A stretch of 64,000 nt of DNA from Candidatus Omnitrophota bacterium (GCA_016180575.1 JACPAY010000003.1:42154-106153), one strand, 5' to 3'; positions 17,699 to 26,661 are shown, numbered from the stretch's first letter. Notes: generated by a model not told the origin, from the sequence alone. Numbers and translations are program-made.

Positions 17699-20600
17699 CA
17701 GCGTTGCACCACCGTCAGGATCCGCTGCGCGGCGCCCGGCCGGTCATCGTCCATGGCCTGGCCCACGCTCTGGACCTGGAACACATCGGACCGCGTCGTC
17801 AAGAGATGCGCCACGCGGCGGAACACCTCCAGCTTGGCCTCCTCGTCGTCCCCGAAGACCTCGCCGAGCAGCAGGTCGCCGATCCCCCGGCCTTTCTCGT
17901 CCTGGTCTCCGTAGGGGCGGCCGGCGATGAGCCGCGAAATCAGGGCATCCGTCATCTCGGGCAGCGCCCGCAGGACCTCCAGGGGAGCGGTGTTCACGTT
18001 GACCGGCCCGATGCGGACGAGCTGCGGGTCGAGCCGGATGTAATCCAGGTGGCAGATGCCGCTCGGCGAGGCGCACTCCACCTCGACGGCCAGCGCGTTG
18101 GCCGACGGCCCGGCGCCCGCGGCCCCGACCGTCACCTGGCCGACGATGAGGCGCCCCTGCGCGTTGGCCGTCAGCGCCGGCGACCAGTCGGTCAGCGTCC
18201 CATCCGCCTGCTCCCACCGAACCGCCATCTGTTCCCCGCCCCAGCCGTGCAGGCTCAAGCGGTACTGTCCGTCCAGGAGCCCCGGCCACCGCCACCGCCC
18301 CGGGACGGCCGGCTGGGCGGGGCTGCTGTGCTCGTAGTAGCCCTCCGCCTTCTCCTGCCAGGCGTCCTCGCCCGCCACAAGGCGCCCCTCGGCCTCCAGG
18401 CGCAAGCCCTCGACCGTCAACCGGTCGACGAGCCTGGCGAGATCCGCGCTCGCGAACGGCTCCCACGCCTCGCCGCTCGGCAGGCCGGCCAGCTCCCCGA
18501 CCCCCCCGAGCGGCCGGTTCACCACGGTGATCTCCTCCGCCGGATCGTGCACGATCACCTCCAACTCGATGAGCTCCTTGAGGCCGTTGTTGTCATTGGG
18601 CAGGCCGGGGGTGTAGAGCTGGAGCGATGGATACCACTCGTCATCCACCCCATCCCCATCCCCGTCCGTGCGCACGCTGGGATCTCCCTTCTCCAGGCTC
18701 TGGAAATCCGCCGTCGTCGGCGGCGGCAGCGCGTACTCCACTTCGTCCACGGTGGCCGTCCCATCCTGCAGCGTCAGGCGCGTGACGCCTCCGGCGGCCA
18801 GCGCCGCCTTCAGCCAATCGTCATCGGCCGACGGTGAACCGTCCGGGAACTCGAGCTGGACGGCGCTGGCGTCATCGGCGATGTCCCACGCCTCGCGCGC
18901 GGAGATGCCGTTGCCCCCCAAGCCGGCCGGCGCATCGTCGAGGTCAACCGCCGCGACCAGCAGGCCGTGCGCCGCGATCATGGTGCCGTCCGGCAGCCGG
19001 GCCTGGCGGCCGCCGGTCAGCTCCCCGGCGATGGTCCAACCGCCCACGTCGATGTCCTGGTCGCTGAGATTGATGAGCTCCACGTACTCCGCGTCCGGCT
19101 GCAGCGAAACGCTGACGCTCTTAAGATAGTATGTCCCGTCCGAGGCGGTTTTGCCAATAGTGAGGGTGATTTTTCCATCGGAGCCGACCAGGATGGTGGA
19201 GGGGTGGCGCTGCTCGTGGAGCAGGAGCTCGCTGTCCCCTTCGACCCGCACCTCCCCGACGGTCTGGCCCGCCGCCGAGCCGAAGACGCGCAGGTGGTAG
19301 CGGCCGGGTTCCAGCGTGGGATCGGTCCAAACCCAGCGCGCCTGCCCCACCCCGCTGTTGGTGCACACCCCCTCGCCCAAACAGGCCCAGTCGGAGCCCT
19401 GGGCGTCGAAGGTCGCCGCCGAGGCCTCAAGCGTCTTGGTCGGCTCGACCATCACCTCGTTGAAGCGAACCGCCTCGATGCCGGCCACCGTCACCCCGGC
19501 GGAGCCGGATGACTCCGAGCTGAGCTCGACGCCCCGGAAGGCGCACGCCGTGCCCGCCGGCTCCCGATTATCCACCTGGACCGTCAGCGTTCCGGTAAGC
19601 GTCAAGGTGCCCAGCAGCTCATCCGCATCGGCTGAGGGGTACAGCTCCCCCGCCACCGTCACGTCGCCCACCTTCACCCCGCCCACCCCCAGGGCGCGGA
19701 TCCGGAAGGTGCCGGACGGCACCGGCAGCACCCAGGAGAGCGGCTGCCCGCCGGGGCCGTCGCTCGCGTAATGCCCCTCCGGCTCATCGCTCCACTCCCA
19801 GGAGCCCAGGGAGCCCTGGCTCGAGATGACCAGGGTCTGGGCGGACTTCGTCACTTTGGAGAGCTCAAGGTCCGCGTCCACGTAATCCGCCATGTTGACC
19901 GCCGCCTGCCAGGGATCCGCCACGCCGGCCTCGAACAGCACCTCCAGGAGCTCCTCGGCGGTCGCGGTGTTCACGTTGATCCGCGCCGCACCGGTCACGG
20001 CGGCGTTCAGGTCCCAGCTGTAGACGGTGGCCGCGCGCGCGAGGCGGCGGATGTCCTCCGCGTCCAGGCCGGCGATGGCGGCCAGATCCTCCAGGCTCTC
20101 CAGCCGCCGGTCATCGCCCTGAGGCGCCAGCGGCTGATACTCGTCCGGCTCGTCGATGGCGCCATCCCCGTCATCATCAACGCCCGAGACGCCGGGCCGA
20201 GCGTCCTCCCCGTTTCGGTACGCCTCGATGGCTTCGGCGACGGCGGCGGCGTCGCTGATCCCCGTTTCCTGCAGGAGCGTCGTGAGGTTCAGCGCCCCCA
20301 GGCCGAGGGGCGAGGGGTCGGCCTGCCCGGCGTTCAGGTTGGCCTTGCCGGACTCATCCGCCACCAGCACGGCGTAGCGCCCGACCGTCTGCTGGCTCGC
20401 ATCGGCCACCGGCCGCCACTCGGCATCCGGCGCGTCGTCGCCGTCGACATCCACGTCGCTCCCCTGGAACGCCGTCACCCACGGTTCGGTCGCGTCGTCC
20501 ACCCGTGACGCCAGGCGGTCCTCATCGAGCAGCGCCCGGGCCACGTTGACGCCGGCTTCCGCCAGGTAGCGGGCCTGGGTCGTCGAGACGAACTGCCGCG

Positions 20601-20731
20601 TGGCCTGGGTCTCCAGGTACATGGAGAACGCGAAGGCCACGCCCATGATGCCGACCACGGTGAGGAGGCTCACGACGATGAGGAGGGCGATCCCCCGCTC
20701 TGAAAGTGCCTGGCGCTGCGCTGTCGAACAT
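17698..20731 (-). CDS. GspK-like minor pseudopilin, ~1000 aa, with large insertions including a lamin-tail-like domain; start codon unresolved
   Basis: N-terminus SERGIALLIVVSLLTVVGIMGVAFAF. GspK-type motifs: ARYLAEAGVNVARALL, VLVADESGKANLN, ARINVNTATAEELLEVL and C-terminal GPVNVNTAPLEVLRALPEMT...RSDVFQVQSVG. The insertion carries EYVELINLSDQDIDVGGWTIAG. No in-frame canonical start follows the repeat (see finding). Confidence 0.7.
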
Positions 20732-21412
20732 GTCGTCTGGCCGCGGGTGACGCGGAGCCGGGGCCCCCGCCGCCTGCCCGCAGGCCGAGGAGGCCGAGGA
20801 CAGCCGGCGGGGTGGCGGCGCGGCAGGACCCTCGAAGCGCTCGGGCCTCTGCTTGCCGACGACCAACAGGATGTCGATCGCGTTGGGCAGCTGCCCGTCG
20901 GGGCCGGTGCGGCTGCGGCCGTCCCACCGGTCGAGCCACTCGGTCCCGTCGAAATAGGACACCGTGAACTGGGACACGTCGCTGCCGCAGAGCTCGCTTG
21001 TCCCGGTCGCGTAGTCGCCGTCGGCAGGCTCATCGTCGTGGCACATGAGGTCGCCGTCGGCGGTGACCCAGTAGCCGCGCTCCACGAAGCCGGTGCGTCC
21101 CGGCAGCGTCCCCACGAAGAAGAGCTCATCGGCCGCGCTGCCCTCCTGGAGCGGCGCCTCGTCGCCGGCCCGGCGACCGATCAGGGGATAGCGGCTGCTC
21201 GCCACGGCGGAGGTCAGCTCGCGGCTGAAGAGGTCGAAGAGGAGCCGGGCCTGCTGGTAGCGCTCCGTCCGCAGCTCGCCGGTGCGCCAGGCCCGGATGA
21301 TCCCGCGGAACAGCAGGGTGGCCGACGCGCTCACGGTGATGAGGATGGCCATGGCGACGAGCAGTTCCACGAGCGTCACCCCAGAGCCGCTAGGAGGGTT
21401 CCTGCCGGACAT
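20522..21412 (-). CDS. GspJ-like minor pseudopilin (3' end uncertain: ORF reads through the repeat)
   Basis: ATG 21412 gives MSGRNPPSGSG|VTLVELLVAMAILITV, a prepilin cleavage/methylation motif. The protein-like sequence ends near ...NAIDILLVVGKQRPERFEG (~20835). Beyond that the frame is repeat-derived and then out of frame with the K-like gene. Confidence 0.6.
   Translation of the reverse strand: MSGRNPPSGSGVTLVELLVAMAILITVSASATLLFRGIIRAWRTGELRTERYQQARLLFDLFSRELTSAVASSRYPLIGRRAGDEAPLQEGSAADELFFVGTLPGRTGFVERGYWVTADGDLMCHDDEPADGDYATGTSELCGSDVSQFTVSYFDGTEWLDRWDGRSRTGPDGQLPNAIDILLVVGKQRPERFEGPAAPPPRRLSSASSACGQAAGAPAPRHPRPDDMFDSAAPGTFRAGDRPPHRREPPHRGRHHGRGLRVLHVPGDPGHAAVRLDDPGPLPGGSRRQRGPGAAR
20739..20831. 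repeat. Second copy of the 97-bp GC-rich repeat; left TIR intact, right end diverged
   Basis: GGCCGCGGGTGACGCGGAGCCGGGG...GGTGGCGGCGCGGCAGG aligns with 4352-4438. It lies at the J-like/K-like gene junction. Confidence 0.7.
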
Positions 21413-21770
21413 AGGTGAGGAACGTGAGCTCGCGCGGCCGGCCGTCCTGCACAAACCGGAGCCGGACTTCAATGGCTTTCAGGCGGCTTTTGTCCTCGAG
21501 ATCCGATGGGGCCGGCTGGCTGATGCGCGTCGTCACGTCAAACCCGTCTTCCTCCGCCGTCGTTTCCCCCTCGGTGAGCGCCTCCCAGGGCTCCAGCTTC
21601 AGCGACTCGATGGTGCGCTGCGCCACCAGGGCGGCCCGGCTGTGCCGCTCGGCGCGCAGCGAGGCCCGCAGCCCCATCGGGAACACCCGCATCGCGCCGA
21701 CGAGCCCCACCGACAGGATGGCCATGGAGATGAGCAGCTCGATGAGAGAAAACGCGGACGCTTGAGACAT
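21390..21770 (-). CDS. GspI-like minor pseudopilin
   Basis: ATG 21770 gives MSQASA|FSLIELLISMAILSVGLVGA, a prepilin motif, at GspI-like length (126 aa). A longer form from ATG 21839 would add a repeat-encoded 23-aa leader. Confidence 0.7.
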   Translation of the reverse strand: MSQASAFSLIELLISMAILSVGLVGAMRVFPMGLRASLRAERHSRAALVAQRTIESLKLEPWEALTEGETTAEEDGFDVTTRISQPAPSDLEDKSRLKAIEVRLRFVQDGRPRELTFLTYVRQEPS

Positions 21771-21839
21771 GGGACATGGGACATGGGACAACGAGCCCGC
21801 CCGACTCCCCTGTCCCCTGTCCCCTGTCTCCTGTCCCAT
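21765..21839. repeat. Heptamer-based inverted repeat, copy 2: (GGGACAT)3 - loop CGAGCCCGCCCGA - (CCCCTGT)n
   Basis: Read directly. It lies between the platform-gene stop (21844) and the prepilin start. Confidence 0.7.
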
Positions 21840-21843
21840 ACGG

Positions 21844-22914
21844 TTACCCCAGGAGTTTGGTCAGCGACATGAGTGGCAGGAACATGGCGATGACGATGAA
21901 CCCGACGACGCCGCCGACGAACACGATCAGCATCGGCTCCAGCAGCTGCGTGAGCCCGGCCAGCTGCACCTCGACCTCCTCGTCGTAGCTGTCGGCGACC
22001 TGCATCAGCATCCGGTCCAGCTGCCCGGTCTCCTCGCCCAGCGCGACCATGCGGGTGACGAGGGGCGGAAAGACGCCCGAGAGCTCCATCGGCCGCGCCA
22101 GCGACTCGCCCACCTTGAGGCTGCGCTCCACGTCCTGCAGCGCCTCATCGATGACGACGTTCATGACGGTGGCGCGGGTGGTCTCGAGGGCGCTGAGGAT
22201 GGGGACGCCGCTGGAGATGAGCGTGCCGAGGGTGCGCGCGAAGCGCGAGATGAGCAGCCGCTCCACCAGCGAGCCGATGCCCGGGGCGCGCAGGAGGGTC
22301 TGGTCGACGAGCCGCCGGCCCCGCGGGGTCTTGAGCGCCGCCCGGAGGATGGCCCAGAGCCCGGCCAGGGCGAGCAGGACGATCCACCACCAGCCGCGCA
22401 CGATGTTGCAGGCGGCGATGAGAAAGCGGGTCGGCAGGGGGAGGGCCGAGCCGAGCTCCGTGAACATCCCCAGGAAGGTGGGGACGACGAAGGCCATGAG
22501 CACGATGAGAATGCCCACGGCGACCACCATGACGAACGCGGGGTACATCAACGCGCTCTTCACCCGCTCCCGCAGGCGCGCCTGCTTCTCGAGCAGCTCC
22601 GCGAGGCGCTTGAGGATCTCATCGAGCAGCCCGCCCACCTCCCCGGCGCGGACCATGTTGACGTAGAACGGGGGGAACCACGACGGGTGGGCGGAGAGCG
22701 CCTCGGAGAACTTCACCCCGGCCTCCACGTCGGATGCGATCGCCGTGAACACCTCCCGCAGCGGGCCGGGATCGAGCTGGTCGCTGACGGTGCGCAGCGC
22801 GCGCAGCAGGGGCATGCCCGCCTTCACGAGCGTCGCCAGCTGGCGAGTGGTCAGGACGAGCTGGGGCCGCCCGGAGCGCCCCAGCCGCAATCCGGGCCTC
22901 CTGCGCGAACCCAT
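21844..22914 (-). CDS. Type II secretion / type IV pilus platform protein (GspF/PilC family)
   Basis: Two T2SF-type repeats: RQLATLVKAGMPLLRALRTV...FYVNMVRAGEVGGLLDEIL and FARTLGTLISSGVPILSALETT...LVTRMVALGEETGQLDRML. Three TM segments. ATG 22914 was chosen to avoid overlap with the upstream gene. Confidence 0.9.
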   Translation of the reverse strand: MGSRRRPGLRLGRSGRPQLVLTTRQLATLVKAGMPLLRALRTVSDQLDPGPLREVFTAIASDVEAGVKFSEALSAHPSWFPPFYVNMVRAGEVGGLLDEILKRLAELLEKQARLRERVKSALMYPAFVMVVAVGILIVLMAFVVPTFLGMFTELGSALPLPTRFLIAACNIVRGWWWIVLLALAGLWAILRAALKTPRGRRLVDQTLLRAPGIGSLVERLLISRFARTLGTLISSGVPILSALETTRATVMNVVIDEALQDVERSLKVGESLARPMELSGVFPPLVTRMVALGEETGQLDRMLMQVADSYDEEVEVQLAGLTQLLEPMLIVFVGGVVGFIVIAMFLPLMSLTKLLG

Positions 22915-22948
22915 CAGCGTGCGGGTTGCGGACCGGCGGGGAGCGGGA

Positions 22949-23890
22949 TCACCGGCCGCTCTGCACCGCGTGGTCGCCGACCTGCAGGGAACCGGCGGTC
23001 TTGGCGCCCACGATGTCACAGGCCGAGAGCTGCGGGCGAACGCGGACCGCCGTCACCCGGCCCACCCGCTGCGCGCCGCGGAGCACATCGAAGCCCATGC
23101 CGGCGCGCACCCCTTCCAGGCTGCCCTTGTCGATCACGACGAACCCGTGCGAGGCGTTCACTTCGACCAGGCGCCCGCGGACGACGGCTGATACGCCCGC
23201 CTGGTCCTTCCGGACCACGATGGGGGGCAGCTCAACGGAAGCGGCCATGCCGAACGAGGCGTTCGATGGGCGCGTCTCGGGCCCCGGCTGGGGTTGCGGC
23301 TGAGGCGCAGGGACGGCGGGGGCCTGGGGGTCGTACTGGCCGATGACGTTCACGCCGGGGTGCGAGGCCGCGATGGGGGCCGCGGGCGCCGCAAGCTTTT
23401 CCGCGAGGCGGCGGTAGTCGCGGTCGAGCAATGCCATGCGCTCCCGCAGCCGGCCCAGCGCCCGGTCCAGGACCGTCTTCTCTTCGGTCAGGCGGTCGGC
23501 CCGCTGCCGGGCCTCGTCCCGCTCCCGGATGACATCGCTGAGCCGTCCCTGCAGCTGGGCGCGCTCGTCATCCACCGTCTGGAACCGGTCCTGCAGCTCC
23601 CGGCCGCCCGCCCGCGACCGGTCCAGCTCTGCGAGGGTCGTCGTCAGCTCCGTCCGGAGCGAGACCACCCGCTGCTCCAGGCCCCGGCGCTCGTCCTGGA
23701 GGTCGGTGAGCTCGCCGGCCAGCTCCTGATTCTTCGCCTGGAGCTGGGTCGCCTGCTGCTGACTCATGGCCAGCTGCTGCTGCAGGCGGGCCATCTGCTG
23801 CCGCTGCCCGATGAAGAGGACCGCGGCGATGCCCGCCGCCACCCCCCCGATGAGCAGGAGGATGAGGAGGGCCGGCGCGCGACCCTTCAT
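22949..23890 (-). CDS. Membrane-anchored coiled-coil protein with small C-terminal beta-rich domain (paralogous architecture to 2773..3543)
   Basis: ATG 23890 gives MKGRAPALLILLLIGGVAAGIAAVLFI, then ~170 aa of coiled coil. The C-terminus reads RGRLVEVNASHGFVVIDKGSLEGVRAGMGFDVLRGAQRVGRVTAVRV. Confidence 0.65.
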   Translation of the reverse strand: MKGRAPALLILLLIGGVAAGIAAVLFIGQRQQMARLQQQLAMSQQQATQLQAKNQELAGELTDLQDERRGLEQRVVSLRTELTTTLAELDRSRAGGRELQDRFQTVDDERAQLQGRLSDVIRERDEARQRADRLTEEKTVLDRALGRLRERMALLDRDYRRLAEKLAAPAAPIAASHPGVNVIGQYDPQAPAVPAPQPQPQPGPETRPSNASFGMAASVELPPIVVRKDQAGVSAVVRGRLVEVNASHGFVVIDKGSLEGVRAGMGFDVLRGAQRVGRVTAVRVRPQLSACDIVGAKTAGSLQVGDHAVQSGR

Positions 23891-23894
23891 GCCC

Positions 23895-25127
23895 TCAGGC
23901 CTGAATGAAGACTTCTCGGATGACCCAGCAGGCTCCCCCAAGCGCGACGGCGTTCTCGCCCAGCTGCGCGGGCAGGATATCGACCAAACTCGCCGGTTCT
24001 TCGTAGGCGTACTTCTTGACGGCGCGCCAGACCGGCTCGAGCAGCAGCGACCCCGCCTGCTCGATGCCCCCGCCGATGATGACGACCTCCGGATTCAGGA
24101 GGTTGACCAGGTACGCGATCCGGATGCCCAGCTGCATCGCGGCATGCTCGACCAGCTCGCGGGCCAAGGCGTCGCCTCGCTGCACCGCCTGGAGGATGGT
24201 GCTGAGGGTGATCTCCTTGAGCTCGCCCTTGACCAGCTCCTGGATCGCCGTCGCGTGCCCCTCGCCGATGAGCTTCTTCGCCTGGGCGGTCAGCCCCAAG
24301 TCCCACACGTTGGAGAGCACGAACGGTGGCGCGTTGATCCATTTCAGGTAATCATCCTGCGAGGGCGCGAAGATGCCGATCTCCCCGGCGCTTCCGGAGG
24401 AGCCCCAGTAGATGTGGCCGTTGATGATGAGGCTCGCCCCAACATCCGAATAGAGATAGAGGAGGTTCTGCACAGGCCGGTCCAGGCCGAGCCGCAGCTC
24501 CCCATAGCCTGCCAGCGTCGAGTCGTTGCCCATGAAGACCGGCAGCCGGAATTCGGCCTCCAGCTGATCGCGGACGGCCACGTAGTTGGCGCGGTTGCCG
24601 TGGAGCGATGTGTCCCGGATGGTGCCCGCCCGCTCATCCATGATGCCGGGCAGCCCCATCCCGATCCCGTAGAGGTGCTTCGCATCCACCGGGGAAGTCT
24701 CGAGCAGTTCTTTGATCAGGCCGACCAGCCGGGTCAGCAGCGGCTCCATCGCCTCGTGCTCCCGCGGCCGCGTGATGCGGTGGACGATCTGGCCGCGCAG
24801 GTCGGTGATGACCATCACCATCTGGACGCCGTCGACATCGACGGGACCGACGTCGATCCCGACCACATAGCCCGCCTTGGCGTTGAGCTCGACGAGGATG
24901 GGCTTGCGCCCGCCGGTGGAGACATCGAACCCCCGCTCGGACACCAGCCCCCGCTTGATGAACTCGTTGATGTAATTGGAGATCGTCACGATGTTGAAGC
25001 CGGTGCCTTGGGAGAGCTCGGTGCGGGTCAGAGGGCCGCGCTGGCGGAGGAGTTCCAAAATCTGAAAGCTTTTCTCTTCACGCTCGGTGAGGCGGTGCTG
25101 GTCAAGGAGCGAACGGCGCCTGAGCAT
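23895..25127 (-). CDS. ROK-family transcriptional regulator (NagC/XylR-like)
   Basis: N-terminal winged HTH FQILELLRQRGPLTRTELSQGTGFNIVTISNYINEFIKRGLV. ROK sugar-kinase-like body: VVGIDVGPVDV..., GSSGSAGEIG. Confidence 0.9.
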   Translation of the reverse strand: MLRRRSLLDQHRLTEREEKSFQILELLRQRGPLTRTELSQGTGFNIVTISNYINEFIKRGLVSERGFDVSTGGRKPILVELNAKAGYVVGIDVGPVDVDGVQMVMVITDLRGQIVHRITRPREHEAMEPLLTRLVGLIKELLETSPVDAKHLYGIGMGLPGIMDERAGTIRDTSLHGNRANYVAVRDQLEAEFRLPVFMGNDSTLAGYGELRLGLDRPVQNLLYLYSDVGASLIINGHIYWGSSGSAGEIGIFAPSQDDYLKWINAPPFVLSNVWDLGLTAQAKKLIGEGHATAIQELVKGELKEITLSTILQAVQRGDALARELVEHAAMQLGIRIAYLVNLLNPEVVIIGGGIEQAGSLLLEPVWRAVKKYAYEEPASLVDILPAQLGENAVALGGACWVIREVFIQA

Positions 25128-25134
25128 GGCTCCT

Positions 25135-25163
25135 ATTCTTCAGGAGTTCAGAAAGTTTGTCAA
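25135..25163 (-). promoter_or_regulatory. Candidate sigma70-type promoter for the ROK gene (TTGACA-17-AAGAAT)
   Basis: Minus strand: TTGACA (25163..25158), a 17-nt spacer, AAGAAT (25140..25135). The predicted start site falls at or next to the ATG at 25127. Confidence 0.3.
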
Positions 25164-25169
25164 GCTGAC

Positions 25170-26549
25170 CTAAAACATCGTGATCGTGAAGCGGAGCCTT
25201 CCCCCATAGCTTCCCGCCTTCGCGTCCGGCGGAACGCGCAGCCCGCAGCTGAGGGTGAACCGGTCCGGAGAGCCCCGGCTGTCGGAGGCATACAACGGGG
25301 TGTAGCCGATTGCCAACGGGGTGTCGGGGGCCGCCATGATGGTCCCGCGCTGAGGATCGTGCAGGGTGCAGACGAGGGCATCGGCGGGCAGCTGCTCACC
25401 CGTGTCCAGCACAAGCGAGTGATCCAGGCCGACCAACACCTGATAGGGCTGCCCCAGGTTGGTGCGGATCTCCACGATGAGACGCTGCGCCTCCGGCCGT
25501 CCCGCCCCGGACTCGGTGCGGAAGCGCAGGGCTTCCCCGGCGCCGTCCGGCGAGGTGACGGTCATGGTGAACACCTCCCGCACGAGGAGCTCGACCGGCA
25601 GCAGCAGCTCGTCGCTCGATGGCACGCCCAGCTGCATGAGCCGGACCCGCAGCGTCCCGCGATAGCGTCCTGCCGGCTGCTCAGGCGGGATGGCGGCGGC
25701 GTATGCGGCACGGACCAGCCCTCCGCCCCGCTCGTCGGTCACCAAGAGCTGGGGGGTTGTTCCCAGGGGCTGCCAGGGGCTGCTGCCTTGCGGCGAGGAG
25801 ACGCTGGATGCGATCGCGTCGGGGGAGAACGTGTCGCCGCGCTCGTTCGTCAACGGCTCCGCCAGCTCCTGCGTCAACTGCGTGGGCGAGGCCGTGTTGT
25901 TAACCACGGTCACCAGGAGCTCCGCCTCCGCGGAGCGCTGGCCCGGCTCGACTTCGCCAAGCTCCAGACGGCGCGGACCGGCGCCGGACCATTCGAGCCG
26001 GACCGCCGCCGCCACCTCGGCGCGCACGGTGAGCGTCTGCGTGTCGACCGCCCCTCCGGCCGCTTCGACGCTGAAACGCACCACCCCCCGATAGGAGCCG
26101 GCGGGCAGCGCCCGATGGGCCGGGATGGCATAGGCCACGACGACGGTGTCCGAGGTCCCATTGGGATCCGACACGAACAGCTCCTGCGAGTGGGGGGCGA
26201 CCGGCAGCACGCCCCCGGCGCTGCGGGTTCCGGTGAACCCCTGGGAGAGCTGCATGACCACCGCATCGTCCGGCAGGCGGCCGCCGCGCTCATTGGTCAG
26301 CGCGTCAAACTCCTGGTAGACGCGGTAGGGCGACCCCCCGCTGCTCGCGATGGCGAGCTCCAGCTCTTCGGTTCGCGAGGGCTCACCCGGCGCGACGGTC
26401 CCGAGGTCGAGGTCCAGGCCGCCCCGCACCACCCGGACGGTCAGCGTCACGGCGGCTGATGCGGCAGGGCAGCTGACGAGCAGGCCCGCGCTGGCAGCCA
26501 TGAGCAGCGCCGCTCCGACAGCCAGATGTGGTATACTTCGAGCGGACAA
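25170..26549 (-). CDS. Lipoprotein composed of three tandem fibre-subunit-like domains
   Basis: TTG 26549 gives MSARSIPHLAVGAALLMAASAGLLVSC with lipobox LVSC (alternative start ATG 26501). Three ~140-aa repeats each end in AGSYRGVVRFSV, AGRYRGTLRVRL or AGSYGGRLRFTITMF. The domains resemble 26773..27306. The track ORF upstream of 26549 is a shadow of the plus-strand gene. Confidence 0.75.
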   Translation of the reverse strand: MSARSIPHLAVGAALLMAASAGLLVSCPAASAAVTLTVRVVRGGLDLDLGTVAPGEPSRTEELELAIASSGGSPYRVYQEFDALTNERGGRLPDDAVVMQLSQGFTGTRSAGGVLPVAPHSQELFVSDPNGTSDTVVVAYAIPAHRALPAGSYRGVVRFSVEAAGGAVDTQTLTVRAEVAAAVRLEWSGAGPRRLELGEVEPGQRSAEAELLVTVVNNTASPTQLTQELAEPLTNERGDTFSPDAIASSVSSPQGSSPWQPLGTTPQLLVTDERGGGLVRAAYAAAIPPEQPAGRYRGTLRVRLMQLGVPSSDELLLPVELLVREVFTMTVTSPDGAGEALRFRTESGAGRPEAQRLIVEIRTNLGQPYQVLVGLDHSLVLDTGEQLPADALVCTLHDPQRGTIMAAPDTPLAIGYTPLYASDSRGSPDRFTLSCGLRVPPDAKAGSYGGRLRFTITMF

Positions 26550-26661
26550 TTCGAAAGGCAAACTATTCGAAAGAATAGGGCGCAAAGCCGCGAGTCCTCC
26601 ACCGGTATCAGATACCAAAGCGCGTTCGGTATCTGATACCGGAAGGGTTGTCGGGCTGCCG
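26550..26661. promoter_or_regulatory. Conserved leader/operator module, copy in the divergent region between two fibre genes
   Basis: TTCGAAAGGCAAACT (26550-26564), CGCAAAGCCGCG (26581-26592), palindrome pair (26602-26616, 26626-26642), CTGCCG (26656-26661). The same order and spacing occur on the minus strand at 32204..32092. Confidence 0.6.

Noticed and set aside
7756-23890. Labelling the filament operon definitively as T2SS (gsp) or T4aP (pil), with gene symbols
   Set aside because: It mixes hallmarks of both and lacks the ATPase and major (pseudo)pilin in the window. Without profile or phylogenetic classification, symbols would be guesses, so they are left blank.
26500-26540. TATACT at 26532-26537 as the -10 element for the plus-strand subunit gene
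   Set aside because: No acceptable -35 hexamer lies at 16-18 nt spacing, and the site is inside the lipoprotein gene's signal-peptide codons. The promoter for 26773..27306 remains unidentified.
26550-26575. TTCGAA-containing boxes (also 32189..32204) as tRNA T-loop remnants or tRNA genes
   Set aside because: No GGTTCGAATCC-type T-arm, no acceptor or anticodon stems, and no cloverleaf can be drawn. The boxes are part of the shared leader module instead.
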